A program made the translations under genes and the position numbers. Of a DNA stretch of 64,000 nucleotides, positions 21,445 to 31,734 are shown piece after piece. The stretch covers positions 186,001-250,000 of IMG/VR virus record IMGVR_UViG_3300024503_000015; one strand, written 5' to 3'. The notes under the pieces are model-generated. The model had not been told where the DNA came from. It saw nothing but the letters and a program-made list of their open reading frames with translations, and ran no database searches. The first letter of the stretch is position 1. Every line of letters begins with the position of its first letter.

Positions 21445-21663
21445 ATGTTGTCATTATTAAAAAAACTATTTGGCGGTAAGTCTCAAGAAACCGTAGCAGA
21501 AGCACCATACAAGGTTGAAGCACCTAAAGTGGAAGAAACTAAAGTAGAAGCACCTGCTCCAGTTGCTGAGGCACCTAAAGCAGAAGCACCTAAGAAAAAG
21601 GCCGCTGGCCGTAAACCAGCAGCCGCAAAAAAGGCTCCTGCTAAGAAAGCCCCTAAGAAGTAA
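21445..21663 (+). CDS. Small Ala/Lys/Pro-rich protein (histone-H1-like tail)
   Basis: GGAGG SD and TATAAATA upstream; MLSLLKKLFGG...PAAAKKAPAKKAPKK. Confidence 0.6.
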   Translation: MLSLLKKLFGGKSQETVAEAPYKVEAPKVEETKVEAPAPVAEAPKAEAPKKKAAGRKPAAAKKAPAKKAPKK

Positions 21664-22672
21664 TCGCTTGTTTGTGTAGTGCAAACGAGGCTAGATTTTT
21701 AGCCTTGCTTTCGCACATAATATCAAACTGATCCCAAAAACTCAGTGCCCATTCGTTCACTGCTGTGTTCCAGTAGAAGTTCGAATGTGCTCTGAGTTTT
21801 GCTTTTTTGTGTCCACTTTCCATTAGTGAAAGTAGGGAGGGAGCGGAGTCTGTGGCATGGCCATTAAGATGCTCTTCCCGTGAAACACTATAATGTATGA
21901 CAGGGCGCACACCACGCCAACTATCGATAATCCTTTTAACACGGTCGTCAGTTGCTTCAATATATTCTCCAGTATTAATCCAATGATGGTGTATGTCTAG
22001 CACCAAAGCGAGATCTTTGGCAAGTTCGAGGCTTGAGTCGATTCCCCAGGTGATTTCGTCATTTTCGATGGTGATGCAGTTTCTTGCTTCGGGGGAAAGT
22101 CTCGGGAGGGCACTTTTAATACCGGCTGGACCGGCTCTACCGGCGATGTGGACGTTGATCTTAAAGTCCTGAAATCTTTTACCATACCCCATCCATCTCG
22201 CCATATCCGCATGATACTCAAACTCCTCTATAGAACGCTGAACAATATCAGGATTGTCGCTTGCCAACACAGTAAATTGACCAGGATGAAAACTGAGACG
22301 AACGTTGCGGGAACGAGCAATATCTCCCACTTCTGCAAAATGTTTTTGGGCGTATGTCTGCACATCATTTTCACGCCAAAACCAGCACCAAGTAGGCTCA
22401 GTGTAGACAGGAAGAATATCACTGCTAAGGCGTACCATACGTAAGTCATCATCTAATTGCCCTACCCTTTCTACTAATAATTTAGTTGAGTTGATATTTT
22501 GTTCAAGCAAAGACCACAATTTTTCAACAGCCACATCTTTGGTTTGACGGTTAAGCCAAGCCACAGTTGTTGCTCCTGTATTGTATTTCTTACATTCATC
22601 TTTGGGTTTAATACCGTCTACTTGATCTGGACGGTCGATCCATTTACAGGCAAAGCCAATACGTTTGTTCAC
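21653..22672 (-). CDS. uvsE: UV damage endonuclease
   Basis: RIGFAC, RLSSDILP, RLSFHPGQFTVLAS, IENDE, LDIHHH and HSNFY motifs; likely GTG start at 22672. Confidence 0.92.
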   Translation of the reverse strand: MNKRIGFACKWIDRPDQVDGIKPKDECKKYNTGATTVAWLNRQTKDVAVEKLWSLLEQNINSTKLLVERVGQLDDDLRMVRLSSDILPVYTEPTWCWFWRENDVQTYAQKHFAEVGDIARSRNVRLSFHPGQFTVLASDNPDIVQRSIEEFEYHADMARWMGYGKRFQDFKINVHIAGRAGPAGIKSALPRLSPEARNCITIENDEITWGIDSSLELAKDLALVLDIHHHWINTGEYIEATDDRVKRIIDSWRGVRPVIHYSVSREEHLNGHATDSAPSLLSLMESGHKKAKLRAHSNFYWNTAVNEWALSFWDQFDIMCESKAKNLASFALHKQAITS

Positions 22673-22712
22673 AAAACTCTCGATAAAGTTACGATAATAT
22701 ATTATAGCATCG

Positions 22713-23408
22713 TTACTGCCAGTTGTCAACAATGATTTGGTCCTGGACATCTTCGGGATTTGGTGTTCCGTGGAACGCAATTACGCTACAATCCGGGTTC
22801 ATAGACGGGCTACGCACCGTCTTAAACACGTTTTTACCCTGAACCCTAATCAACTCTTCCCGCTGTCTTATTTCCCACTTGTAGCTCTGTATCCAAGTTT
22901 CAGGGAAAAATTTTATAATACTTTTGTGTGACTGCCAAATCCAATCTTGATCACCTGGGAACTTTTTGGTTAACGCTGGATTGTTTTCCAAATCGTCCCA
23001 AATATTGCTGAAATGGTTACTGGGCCAACGCAGTACAGCACTACCTAATTTTGGTGGCACACGTCTAAACACTCTGCCTACATCTTCCAAACCAACAAAA
23101 TTTCCAGGCAGGTACGAAACCAATTTGTCTATATTACCTACAATAACCATATCCAAATCAAAGAACAAATTTACATCACCGTCTGGAAAATGTCCTTGTT
23201 TAAAGATATATGGTTTCCACCACCAACCAGAAAACAGTCCTTTGGGCAAGGGTTTAATTTTAATTGCAGGATTTAAGTTTGTAGGATCTTCAGTAAAGCA
23301 ATAAAAATCAAAAGGCACAGTTAAGTGCCTTGAGACCATATTGTAAAGTTTGTTTACATATTCCGGACCGTACTTTGTACCGTGTTTTAAACTAATGACG
23401 TTTAGCAT
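22713..23408 (-). CDS. Glycosyltransferase-like protein
   Basis: KHGTKYGPEYVNKL, FYCFTED, WWWKP, FFDLD (DxD-like), GDQDWI and FHGTPNP; GT-A-like pattern common in aquatic T4-like phages. Confidence 0.65.
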   Translation of the reverse strand: MLNVISLKHGTKYGPEYVNKLYNMVSRHLTVPFDFYCFTEDPTNLNPAIKIKPLPKGLFSGWWWKPYIFKQGHFPDGDVNLFFDLDMVIVGNIDKLVSYLPGNFVGLEDVGRVFRRVPPKLGSAVLRWPSNHFSNIWDDLENNPALTKKFPGDQDWIWQSHKSIIKFFPETWIQSYKWEIRQREELIRVQGKNVFKTVRSPSMNPDCSVIAFHGTPNPEDVQDQIIVDNWQ

Positions 23409-23569
23409 TACCAGTGCCTTATTACACCCGCTACAATGAATATGTTAGTTATTATATAAGTCAATACAATAACAGTTCGAATCAATGCAATCCTGTCCGC
23501 TTCTTGTTTGGTAACACCGGCTTTCTCTCCTAGTGCCTTGGCCCATAGTCTCCAAAACTTACGTACCAT
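23408..23569 (-). CDS. Small membrane protein (53 aa)
   Basis: Hand translation MVRKFWRLWAKALGEKAGVTKQEADRIALIRTVIVLTYIITNIFIVAGVIRHW; fills the gap between queD and the GT gene; below the ORF-track cutoff. Confidence 0.65.
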   Translation of the reverse strand: MVRKFWRLWAKALGEKAGVTKQEADRIALIRTVIVLTYIITNIFIVAGVIRHW

Positions 23570-24116
23570 CTTTATAAAAAACACTACGACTCTTAGGAGT
23601 TTCCCACCATTCGATGCTGTGAACTTTGACGCCTAATTTTTTCATTTTGACATCAACTAATTCTGCCATCCAACTACTTAGGTGTTCCGATGTTGGAACA
23701 AAGTCTACTACCATAAATCCTTCGTAGTATTCTTGTTCAGGACCAGACATATTAGCATAATAGATTGGATGAATATGCCAACCTGCAACGTATTCGGTTT
23801 CTGGAACATACACTGGAATTAGCTCGACTTTTTCTCCCAGCATCTTAGTAAACAGCGGATCGTTTTTATCAATAATAAATTGATGATCAATATAAGTGTT
23901 GATCCATTTCTTTAGCCATTCTAAATGTCTAAAGTCAGTGACCATTCCAGTTTTATCTAATCCGTCGCCTGTTAAATGAACCTGCATTTTACCTTCGTGT
24001 CCATGTAAATGTCTGCAAGCACATTTCAAGTCTGCCGCATATTCGCCGTTTAGTGTTTGTGTATGAACACGATGTCCATAACAAAATTCAAATGTTTTAT
24101 CAATGATCCAAGTCAT
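23559..24116 (-). CDS. queD: 6-carboxytetrahydropterin synthase (QueD/PTPS)
   Basis: FEFCYGHR, CRHLHGH, DFRHL, DH, PTSE and ETPKS motifs. Confidence 0.92.
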   Translation of the reverse strand: MTWIIDKTFEFCYGHRVHTQTLNGEYAADLKCACRHLHGHEGKMQVHLTGDGLDKTGMVTDFRHLEWLKKWINTYIDHQFIIDKNDPLFTKMLGEKVELIPVYVPETEYVAGWHIHPIYYANMSGPEQEYYEGFMVVDFVPTSEHLSSWMAELVDVKMKKLGVKVHSIEWWETPKSRSVFYKDGT

Positions 24117-24143
24117 CTCTTGCCCTTTTTAAGTTAAGTTTGA

Positions 24144-24187
24144 TGACACGCAGAGTATTTAAAGAGGGGTGAGCGTCTAGTCCTCTA
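24144..24187 (-). promoter_or_regulatory. Riboswitch-like H-type pseudoknot in the queD 5' UTR
   Basis: AGAGG/CCTCT stem with loop ACTAGACGCTCACC; loop ACGC pairs with downstream GCGT; begins at the predicted transcription start. Confidence 0.45.
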
Positions 24188-24194
24188 TTGATAC

Positions 24195-24223
24195 AGTATA
24201 TAGGTATTACATTATACTGTCAA
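24195..24223 (-). promoter_or_regulatory. sigma70-type promoter of queD
   Basis: TTGACA-17 nt-TATACT on the minus strand. Confidence 0.7.
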
Positions 24224-24782
24224 TAGTTTTGAATTTAACATTTGCCAAAAGCCAACTACTGGGCATCTGCCATTCTGTATTGTTAAAAACTACAAAGTAC
24301 TTATCGGGGAAACATTCAAACACGCGAGCAATCTGGTATATCCAATACCTTGGATCCACTGCGGGTTTAGTAGCATCTGCATAGTTAGCAGTATCTTTGT
24401 AAATGTTATTGACAAACTGTGTTGGGCTGTGTAGATCAAAACCAAATAAGTTTACATGGTCGTCTAGCATAGCGGCTAACAAAACAGCATACGGACCACT
24501 GCCCCATTGAAAAGGCTCGTCAGGTCTAGTAGTGCCCTGGTAAGGCAAGTCTGGTAATATTTTTACAGGATTGTTTTTGTAGAAGTGTGCCCAATCTTTT
24601 CTAGTATAGATTGTGCCAGCAAAGTGGCTATCCAGTGCTTCTTGTACCATACGTCTGTCTACACAGACTAAATGGTCGACTGAGTAGTCTCTATGTATGG
24701 CGTTACAGCCAACTTTAGTTTCTGTAAGTGAATTTAAATCTAAATGTTTTCTGGATTCGCCGTTGCCAAATACAGATATCAT
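24207..24782 (-). CDS. Hypothetical protein (possible sugar/pterin transferase fold)
   Basis: Start MISVFGNGESRK; GCNAIHRD, HLVCVD and WGSGPYA; recurrent in aquatic myophages. Confidence 0.55.
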   Translation of the reverse strand: MISVFGNGESRKHLDLNSLTETKVGCNAIHRDYSVDHLVCVDRRMVQEALDSHFAGTIYTRKDWAHFYKNNPVKILPDLPYQGTTRPDEPFQWGSGPYAVLLAAMLDDHVNLFGFDLHSPTQFVNNIYKDTANYADATKPAVDPRYWIYQIARVFECFPDKYFVVFNNTEWQMPSSWLLANVKFKTIDSIM

Positions 24783-26392
24783 CTTCCGCCAATATAACCG
24801 AACGGCTCCCAAGTACCAGGAGTACCGCTCATTACGCAGATCCATCCAACGTAACTAGTTCTTACTGGACTGCTATTCCAAATGATATCGCCTTTGTTCC
24901 AGGCTTTTTCTGTAGGAGCACCTACGCCGTGTGCAAAGCGTTTACCATTGATAACCATCATTCCGTCTACGCTGAATGCCGCATCTTCTTGTGGGTTGGT
25001 AATGTTTACACTTAGTTGTCCATAGATGTTTACATTTCTAGTTGTATTATTTTTGTCACCGATACGGATACTGCCAGCGTTATCTACTTCAAAGTCTTCG
25101 CCAATGCCAAACTTATCTGCTGTAATACCACTGCTGGATAATCTTAATGTGCCCGAGCCGTCTTTGATTGTTACAGAATTGTTAATTGTAACTACGCTGT
25201 CTTGTACAGTAATGCTGTCTGACAAGTTTACTGTTCCAGCAACATCTAATGATGTCAGTGTGCCTAAACGAGTAAGACTAGAGTTAACAACGCTAACTCC
25301 TAGGTCAGTTCTGTTTAATACACTCTTACCGTCGATCCAGAATTCTTTGTTAATTGCTAATTCAAGACTTTCTGAAGAATAGATTCTGTCAGGGTTTGGA
25401 AGCATAATAAACTGACGTGTACCACCTTCGCCCTTCCATTGCATACCCTTGCCAAAAATACTGTTATCCTTACTGGCTATAAATTCTATTGGACTAGTTT
25501 TTTCGATTCTGATGTCAGATACAATGCTGTCTACTTCTAATCTGCCGTGAACTTTGACTATTGCGCCTTTGCTCTTAGCATTGCCAAACTCTGTAGTGTT
25601 TCCTGATACTGTAATACGTCTTGTGTTATCGGTAACAATACTGAAACTGTTACTGCCCCAAGTACCTACAAAACCCACTGAGTCTTGATCCGCACCTAAA
25701 ATTACTTCTACATTATTGTCAACGGCACTGATAACTGCGTTTGGTTCTTCTGTATTGACACCTAGTCTTCCTAGGGCATTAACAAAAACTGTGTCACCTA
25801 GGTTTGTTTCGCCTGTAACACGTAGTTCTTCTAAAGGACCCACTGTGCGTAGGTTACTGTCACGTACTGAATTACCTAATCTTGTGCGCTCTAAAACATC
25901 TGTGCCTTCAATTTGATACTTAGAACCTTTGTATAAATCAATAGATTCTGTGCTGAAAATTCTTTTTGGGTTTGCTTTAAAAACAAACTGATAACTTACA
26001 TCTGGGCTGTCCCATTGCAAGCCTTTACCATCTAAATCGCTGAGTTGTCTGCTGGCAAAAGAAATGGATTTTGTAAATGATTCTAGGCTTTGTTCTGAAA
26101 TAACATTCTTAACTAACAGCGTATCTGCTTCTAATTTGCCGTTAACTTTTAAGTTAGCAAATTCGCTAGTACCTGCGGCAACAATTTTTCCAGCGCCAAG
26201 AACGCCTTCTACGTGAATGTTTCCGCTAATTCTGTCAGCACTTAATACGCCAACCTGTACACCTTTATCTGTAACAATCATCTGCTCACGTGTAGCAGTA
26301 TCAGAAATGCCCTTAGATAGTGTGCCACCGTTAGCGGCTGATTTTAGTGCGTCACCTAAATCTTGAAGAATTTTGTCGATGTTTGAGCTCAT
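24779..26392 (-). CDS. Virion structural / tail-fibre-like protein
   Basis: Start refined to MSSNIDK (ATAAATA upstream); internal duplication (GKGLQW...FKANPKRIFS / GKGMQW...LPNPDRIYS); C-terminal GDIIWNSSP...GWIC...GTPGTW motif. Confidence 0.75.
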   Translation of the reverse strand: MSSNIDKILQDLGDALKSAANGGTLSKGISDTATREQMIVTDKGVQVGVLSADRISGNIHVEGVLGAGKIVAAGTSEFANLKVNGKLEADTLLVKNVISEQSLESFTKSISFASRQLSDLDGKGLQWDSPDVSYQFVFKANPKRIFSTESIDLYKGSKYQIEGTDVLERTRLGNSVRDSNLRTVGPLEELRVTGETNLGDTVFVNALGRLGVNTEEPNAVISAVDNNVEVILGADQDSVGFVGTWGSNSFSIVTDNTRRITVSGNTTEFGNAKSKGAIVKVHGRLEVDSIVSDIRIEKTSPIEFIASKDNSIFGKGMQWKGEGGTRQFIMLPNPDRIYSSESLELAINKEFWIDGKSVLNRTDLGVSVVNSSLTRLGTLTSLDVAGTVNLSDSITVQDSVVTINNSVTIKDGSGTLRLSSSGITADKFGIGEDFEVDNAGSIRIGDKNNTTRNVNIYGQLSVNITNPQEDAAFSVDGMMVINGKRFAHGVGAPTEKAWNKGDIIWNSSPVRTSYVGWICVMSGTPGTWEPFGYIGGR

Positions 26393-26455
26393 AGTGTAGT
26401 ATTTATATAGAATCCAACATAGCATAAATATTGGTAACACAGGAATATACCTAAA

Positions 26456-28390
26456 ATGCCAGCAGCCTTTTACGATTTTTTTAGAAAAATAAGATTTAGA
26501 CCCAGCGAAAGCGTTACAACTATCCCCAACGCAATTACTGTAGATACTGAAATTGAAGCAGACAGCGTCACGGATACTGCTACCATTGTTGCTGGGCAGA
26601 ATATTGCATTTAGCATTGAGGATAGTTCCACAGCAACGCCTGGACAGACAACTGATACCATTACAATTCATGGTCCAGATTATCAAACTTATGTACCGTT
26701 AGGCACAACAAAGTTACGTTTAGAGCGCGACCTAGGCGCAGAGACTAGCGATATCGAATTATATCCAGATCCACTAAGTCCAATTCTTATTACTAGAACT
26801 GGCGCAAATCAGATTACAATTGGTTCTAACAGTCCTAGTTTACCATTTAGCCAAGAACAAATTGAAGATTTATCTGCTTCACTTTTGACTAACGGAACAC
26901 ATACAGAGTTAACAGTTACCTATCAGGATTCCGTTACTTTGCCATCGACATTTGCTCAAAATGCAACTAGCGGCTCGGGCATTAATGCTGTATTCAATAT
27001 TTCAATTATTAACAATACCTATGTGGCCAGCGTTAGCAATGGTGGTACTGGTTTTGCCGCAGGTAATACCGTAACAGTCTATGGAACTAATTTCCCAGGC
27101 GGATTGAATCCGGCCAACAATGTAACAATTACTGTAGGCTCTGTTGATGGTAGCGGAACAATTTTAACTATTACTTCTGCAACAGGAACTCCAATAGCAT
27201 CAGATAACATAGATTTGGCTGTTACATCTACACTACAAAATGTTACAAGCCGCGGTGCAACAACTACATCAGCAATTACGATTAGTAATGCTACAGGCAG
27301 TAGTAATACATCTACTGGCGCATTAAAATTAACCGCCGGCGGCCTTGCTGTATTTGAAAATGCTAACATTGGTGGGTATGTAAAAGCAACAACATTTGAA
27401 AGTACTCAGACAACTGGTACTGCTCCATTTACTGTGGCTAGCACTACCGCTGTGGCAAATTTACAAGCCGCCACTGCAAGTAAATGGCATACTGCTCGTA
27501 CAGTTACATTCACAGGCGATGTAACAGGTTCATTCAGCATCGATGGATCGGCAGATGTTACTAGCGTAGCATTAACAGTTGGCAGTGATACAGTTGCACT
27601 TGGTACAGATACTACAGGTAACTATGTTGCTACAGCCGGAGTAAGCGGTAACGGTCTATCAGGAAGTTCGAGTTCAGAAGGTGGAACATTTACAGTTAGT
27701 TCAAATGCTACTGCAAACAACACAGCATCAACTATTGTATTCCGTGATACTAACGGCGACTTTAGTGCAGGCACAATTACAGCCACAGCGTTTACAGGAC
27801 CAGCAAGTCAGGTAGCATTAACAGCAACATCGACTAATGCCGCACACTATCTAACATTTGTCGATACAACCACAGGTAACGAAAATATTAGAACTGATGT
27901 AGACTTAGCCTACAATCCTAGCACAAATGTTCTTACAGCAGGGACATTCAGTGGTATTATCAGTGGTAGTACAGTCAGTGCAAGTAGTACACTTAGCATT
28001 GGCACTAGCACAATTGAAACGGTTTCAGTTAACCCAGCGGCACTTACTGGCGCAACAACATTAGATTGCAAAACAAATAGTGTGTTTTACTATTCCTCTA
28101 ATGCAGCCGCAAACTGGACACTGAACTTCCGTGGTGACGGAAGTACAACAATGAATACATTCTTAACCACAGGACAGAGTGTAACAGTAGTATTGCTAGC
28201 CACACAAGGCGGCACAGCATACTATCCAACAGCGTTTACTGTCGATGGATCTGCCGTTACTCCTAAATGGTTAGGCGGTGCCGCACCGACAGGCGGTAAT
28301 GCTAGTAGCATTGACTCATATTCATTTACAATTATTAAAACAGCCGCAAGTACATATACAATTATTGCTAGTCAGGCTAGATTTGCTTAA
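26456..28390 (+). CDS. Virion structural / tail fibre protein
   Basis: 644 aa, Thr/Ser/Gly-rich; WHTARTVTFTGDVTGS fibre motif; ATAAATA upstream. Confidence 0.75.
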   Translation: MPAAFYDFFRKIRFRPSESVTTIPNAITVDTEIEADSVTDTATIVAGQNIAFSIEDSSTATPGQTTDTITIHGPDYQTYVPLGTTKLRLERDLGAETSDIELYPDPLSPILITRTGANQITIGSNSPSLPFSQEQIEDLSASLLTNGTHTELTVTYQDSVTLPSTFAQNATSGSGINAVFNISIINNTYVASVSNGGTGFAAGNTVTVYGTNFPGGLNPANNVTITVGSVDGSGTILTITSATGTPIASDNIDLAVTSTLQNVTSRGATTTSAITISNATGSSNTSTGALKLTAGGLAVFENANIGGYVKATTFESTQTTGTAPFTVASTTAVANLQAATASKWHTARTVTFTGDVTGSFSIDGSADVTSVALTVGSDTVALGTDTTGNYVATAGVSGNGLSGSSSSEGGTFTVSSNATANNTASTIVFRDTNGDFSAGTITATAFTGPASQVALTATSTNAAHYLTFVDTTTGNENIRTDVDLAYNPSTNVLTAGTFSGIISGSTVSASSTLSIGTSTIETVSVNPAALTGATTLDCKTNSVFYYSSNAAANWTLNFRGDGSTTMNTFLTTGQSVTVVLLATQGGTAYYPTAFTVDGSAVTPKWLGGAAPTGGNASSIDSYSFTIIKTAASTYTIIASQARFA

Positions 28391-28399
28391 GGTTTAACA

Positions 28400-30481
28400 A
28401 TGCCATTATTAACTACATTAGGTAGCGCAGGCGTACAATCATATGGAACTTCTGGAATACAGCCGGGAGGAAGTTTGTACTTTGTTGGCGGCAGTCAGTA
28501 CTTAACATTTTCGGGAACTAGTTTAACCTACGGTACGGCAAACTTTACCATAGAGTTTTGGTGGAAACCAATTACTAATTTGACTGGTATTAAAGTTTTA
28601 TATGCTCAATGGTTTGGTAACAATAATTATCTTTGGATTTATCAACGTGATGGCCAAATTGTATTTGCCACAGTAGGCGGCGCCATTCGAGCATTTGGTG
28701 GAACATTGACATTAAACACTTGGAATCATATTGCTTTAGTTCGAAACAGTGGTAGTGCTAGATTGTTCGTAAACGGTGTAGCCTATGCTTCTGCAACCTG
28801 TACTAATAACTATGCTACTAATACAACATATAATCCGTGTGTGGGGCAATGGTATCCGGGCAATAGTACTTACCCAGCATTGGGTTACTTAACCAATTTA
28901 AGAATTTCTAAGAGTGCGTTATACACTACAGGATTTACTCCTAGCAAAGTTCCTTTTACTAGAACAAGTCAGGGTGCAACCGCATCTCTATTATTAAATG
29001 TAAAATCTAGTGGAACATTTACTACTGATAGTTCAGCCAATGCGATAGCAGTGACAAACAATCTTGTAACATATATTGCTGAATCTCCATATACTGAAAA
29101 TTATGTAACGCCGCCAACAGTAACAGTAGTATCTGCTACAGTAACTCCATCTACTCTTACAGGCAGCGAGGGTAGTGCAATTACGTTTACTATTGCTGGA
29201 ACAAACGTTACAGATGGAACATACTACTATACAATTGAACAAGCATCCGGTAGTACAGCAATTACTACATCTGATTTTACCTCTGCATCCTTGTCTGGTA
29301 CATTTACAATGACCAGCAATAGCGGATCATTTAATATAACACCTGCAAAGGATTTATTTACAGAAGGTACCGAAACGTTTTCTGTTGCAGTAAGACAAAC
29401 ATCGATTACAGGAACAATTATTGGCGCCAGTGATGAAATAACTATAACAGATATTTCTATTACACCAACATTAACACCTGACGCGGCAACTGTAAACGAA
29501 GGAAGTAGTGTATCGTTCACCGCAGCCAATGTTGGCCCAGACGGAACATACTACTGGACAACATCTGGTATTAGTGCAGGCGATGTAACTGCTACTAGCG
29601 GCTCATTTACAATAAGCGGTAGTACTGGTGGAATAGAAAACGGCACGGGCACATTTAGCATCACTACGTCTTCGGATAGAACAACCGAAGGATCTGAAAC
29701 TATGAACGTACAAGTTCGAAGTGGCAGTACTAGCGGAACTATTATTGTATCAACTAGTGTAACGATACTTGATACCTCATTGACACCATTTACTTCATTT
29801 ACTGCCAATAGTACTATTGCAGAAATGGCAGGCAACATATCCGGGTATGCTACATCGACTACATTACAAGTAGGAAACCTTGGGCCTGCTGGAACATATT
29901 ATTATACATTTAATAACGTATCTGGAACACTATTGACCACAGATATTTCTACAGGAAGTCTATCAGGATCTTTCACAACAACTTCATTAAATCAAACAAC
30001 TACATTAACTATCGGTGCGGCCTCTGATACTGTAGCAGAAACTAATAGTGTCCAAGTGTTTACAGTTCAAATTAGAGAAGGTTCTATATCAGGAACAGTA
30101 TTAGTAACTAGTGGACAGATAATATTATACGATTCATCGATGACAATTTCTGCAGTTTCTCCGAACCCTGCTAGTGAAGGTAACGGATTAAACATTACAG
30201 TAACTACACCATTATCGTCTCCTAACGGAATGGTTCAAGGAACATATTGGTTAACATTTGAAAGCACCAGCTCTGCTGTAGCCGCAGACGTTAGCGGACT
30301 ACCGTATTCGTTTAATATTACCAGCCAAGGAAACTATTTTATTAACGGTATAGTTTCTATTCGTGCCACGGACGGAGCAGAAGCCGCAGAAACATTTAGA
30401 ATTGGTGTGAGACAAGGGTCCACTACCGGAACCCTTGTTGGACTAAGTCCTGTGATTACAATTAACGCTAGTGCTACTTAA
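28400..30481 (+). CDS. LamG/ConA-like plus Calx-beta-like repeat virion protein
   Basis: FTIEFWW...WNHIALVRNSG...LFVNG...GYLTNLRIS (LamG-like), followed by repeats such as EGTETF.V.VR.GS.TG. Confidence 0.75.
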   Translation: MPLLTTLGSAGVQSYGTSGIQPGGSLYFVGGSQYLTFSGTSLTYGTANFTIEFWWKPITNLTGIKVLYAQWFGNNNYLWIYQRDGQIVFATVGGAIRAFGGTLTLNTWNHIALVRNSGSARLFVNGVAYASATCTNNYATNTTYNPCVGQWYPGNSTYPALGYLTNLRISKSALYTTGFTPSKVPFTRTSQGATASLLLNVKSSGTFTTDSSANAIAVTNNLVTYIAESPYTENYVTPPTVTVVSATVTPSTLTGSEGSAITFTIAGTNVTDGTYYYTIEQASGSTAITTSDFTSASLSGTFTMTSNSGSFNITPAKDLFTEGTETFSVAVRQTSITGTIIGASDEITITDISITPTLTPDAATVNEGSSVSFTAANVGPDGTYYWTTSGISAGDVTATSGSFTISGSTGGIENGTGTFSITTSSDRTTEGSETMNVQVRSGSTSGTIIVSTSVTILDTSLTPFTSFTANSTIAEMAGNISGYATSTTLQVGNLGPAGTYYYTFNNVSGTLLTTDISTGSLSGSFTTTSLNQTTTLTIGAASDTVAETNSVQVFTVQIREGSISGTVLVTSGQIILYDSSMTISAVSPNPASEGNGLNITVTTPLSSPNGMVQGTYWLTFESTSSAVAADVSGLPYSFNITSQGNYFINGIVSIRATDGAEAAETFRIGVRQGSTTGTLVGLSPVITINASAT

Positions 30482-31674
30482 GAACTAGCCTTAAGAAGAA
30501 TAATCTCTTCGTTAATGCGTCCATTCATACGAGCCTCTGTAGCATTAATCTCGTCTAAGAACTTACGCAACTGCACCTTACCAGCGGCTTTGAACTCTTT
30601 CATCTTTTCCTCTGGCTTACGCACAGTCTTCATAATGCTGAGTGTTTCGCTAAAGCCGGTAATTGTGGTGCCTTTAACACCTAATTCCATATATTCGTTG
30701 GCAACATACTTGCCCAACTTACGGCTCTTAGTGTTATAAACCCACAACTCCTTGCTACCGATAATGTCAGTAGGATTAATTGACACCAATTTCAATGGCT
30801 CGTCAGTTTTCTTGTACTTGAGTTTAGCAACAAGTTTGTCAACACTGACTGCTTTCTTAGCACGAGGAGCACGATTCACTTTGGCTTCCTGCATTAACAT
30901 AGTACAGGCGTTTTGAATCTCCTGCAAAAATGTAATGAAGTTACGAATCTGCTTTTTGCTACGATGACTGTAACCTTCTTTCAACTGTTCGTCTGCTTTA
31001 CCGCTGGCAAGCTCTTCTAGTTCTGCCAAATCGCGAGCATAAAAGTCACGAATGATACGAGCGTGTGCGGCTTTGGCCTGCTGGCTCTTCAACAAATTAA
31101 GAACCTTAAATGCTTTTGGATCAAAGTTTTCCGGATCGATTTGAAACGACTCATAGGCCTTTTCAATTTCTTCAGTCATATTCAGCGCAACTTCACGCAG
31201 ACGTTCTTGAATGCTAGGAGTGTACACTTCTTTTTTGACTTCAACTTTTTCTTCGCCCTCGGTATCGTCTTTGCCTTCGAGGATTACATTGACAATGGCA
31301 TTACGCAACCAAGCGGCGGTGTCCTTGCCGCTGTTAAAGTCTGCACGTTGCGGAGTCATACCACGTAACAGACAGTGAGCAATGGCGCCCATTGTGGTGC
31401 TGATACGATTGTCTTTGACTTTCTTAATAGCAACAATGTCTTCTTTAGCACAGCCTGCATCAGTCATCCACTTAACAATAATTGGCTTGTAAGTTTTAAT
31501 GTCGCTTTCTAAACGATAGTAGTCCATGCTACTACGAAAGTGTTTATGGAACTTGTCGGCATCCCAAGATTCGCAACCTTCCCAATTTGGGCTAGTATCT
31601 TTGACTGCACGAGTGCGGTGTGCAATAACTTGCTTTTTGGTTACACGGGTTTTGGTTGCTGTCTTAGTAGCCAT
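30478..31674 (-). CDS. Hypothetical protein (398 aa)
   Basis: Long basic ORF with SD (GGAG) and a consensus promoter upstream. Confidence 0.75.
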   Translation of the reverse strand: MATKTATKTRVTKKQVIAHRTRAVKDTSPNWEGCESWDADKFHKHFRSSMDYYRLESDIKTYKPIIVKWMTDAGCAKEDIVAIKKVKDNRISTTMGAIAHCLLRGMTPQRADFNSGKDTAAWLRNAIVNVILEGKDDTEGEEKVEVKKEVYTPSIQERLREVALNMTEEIEKAYESFQIDPENFDPKAFKVLNLLKSQQAKAAHARIIRDFYARDLAELEELASGKADEQLKEGYSHRSKKQIRNFITFLQEIQNACTMLMQEAKVNRAPRAKKAVSVDKLVAKLKYKKTDEPLKLVSINPTDIIGSKELWVYNTKSRKLGKYVANEYMELGVKGTTITGFSETLSIMKTVRKPEEKMKEFKAAGKVQLRKFLDEINATEARMNGRINEEIILLKASS

Positions 31675-31705
31675 TTTTGCTCCTGTTAATTAACTTAATA
31701 AACAT

Positions 31706-31734
31706 ATTATATAGTCACTCTTCCGAAATGTCAA
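31706..31734 (-). promoter_or_regulatory. sigma70-type promoter
   Basis: Perfect TTGACA-17 nt-TATAAT. Confidence 0.75.
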
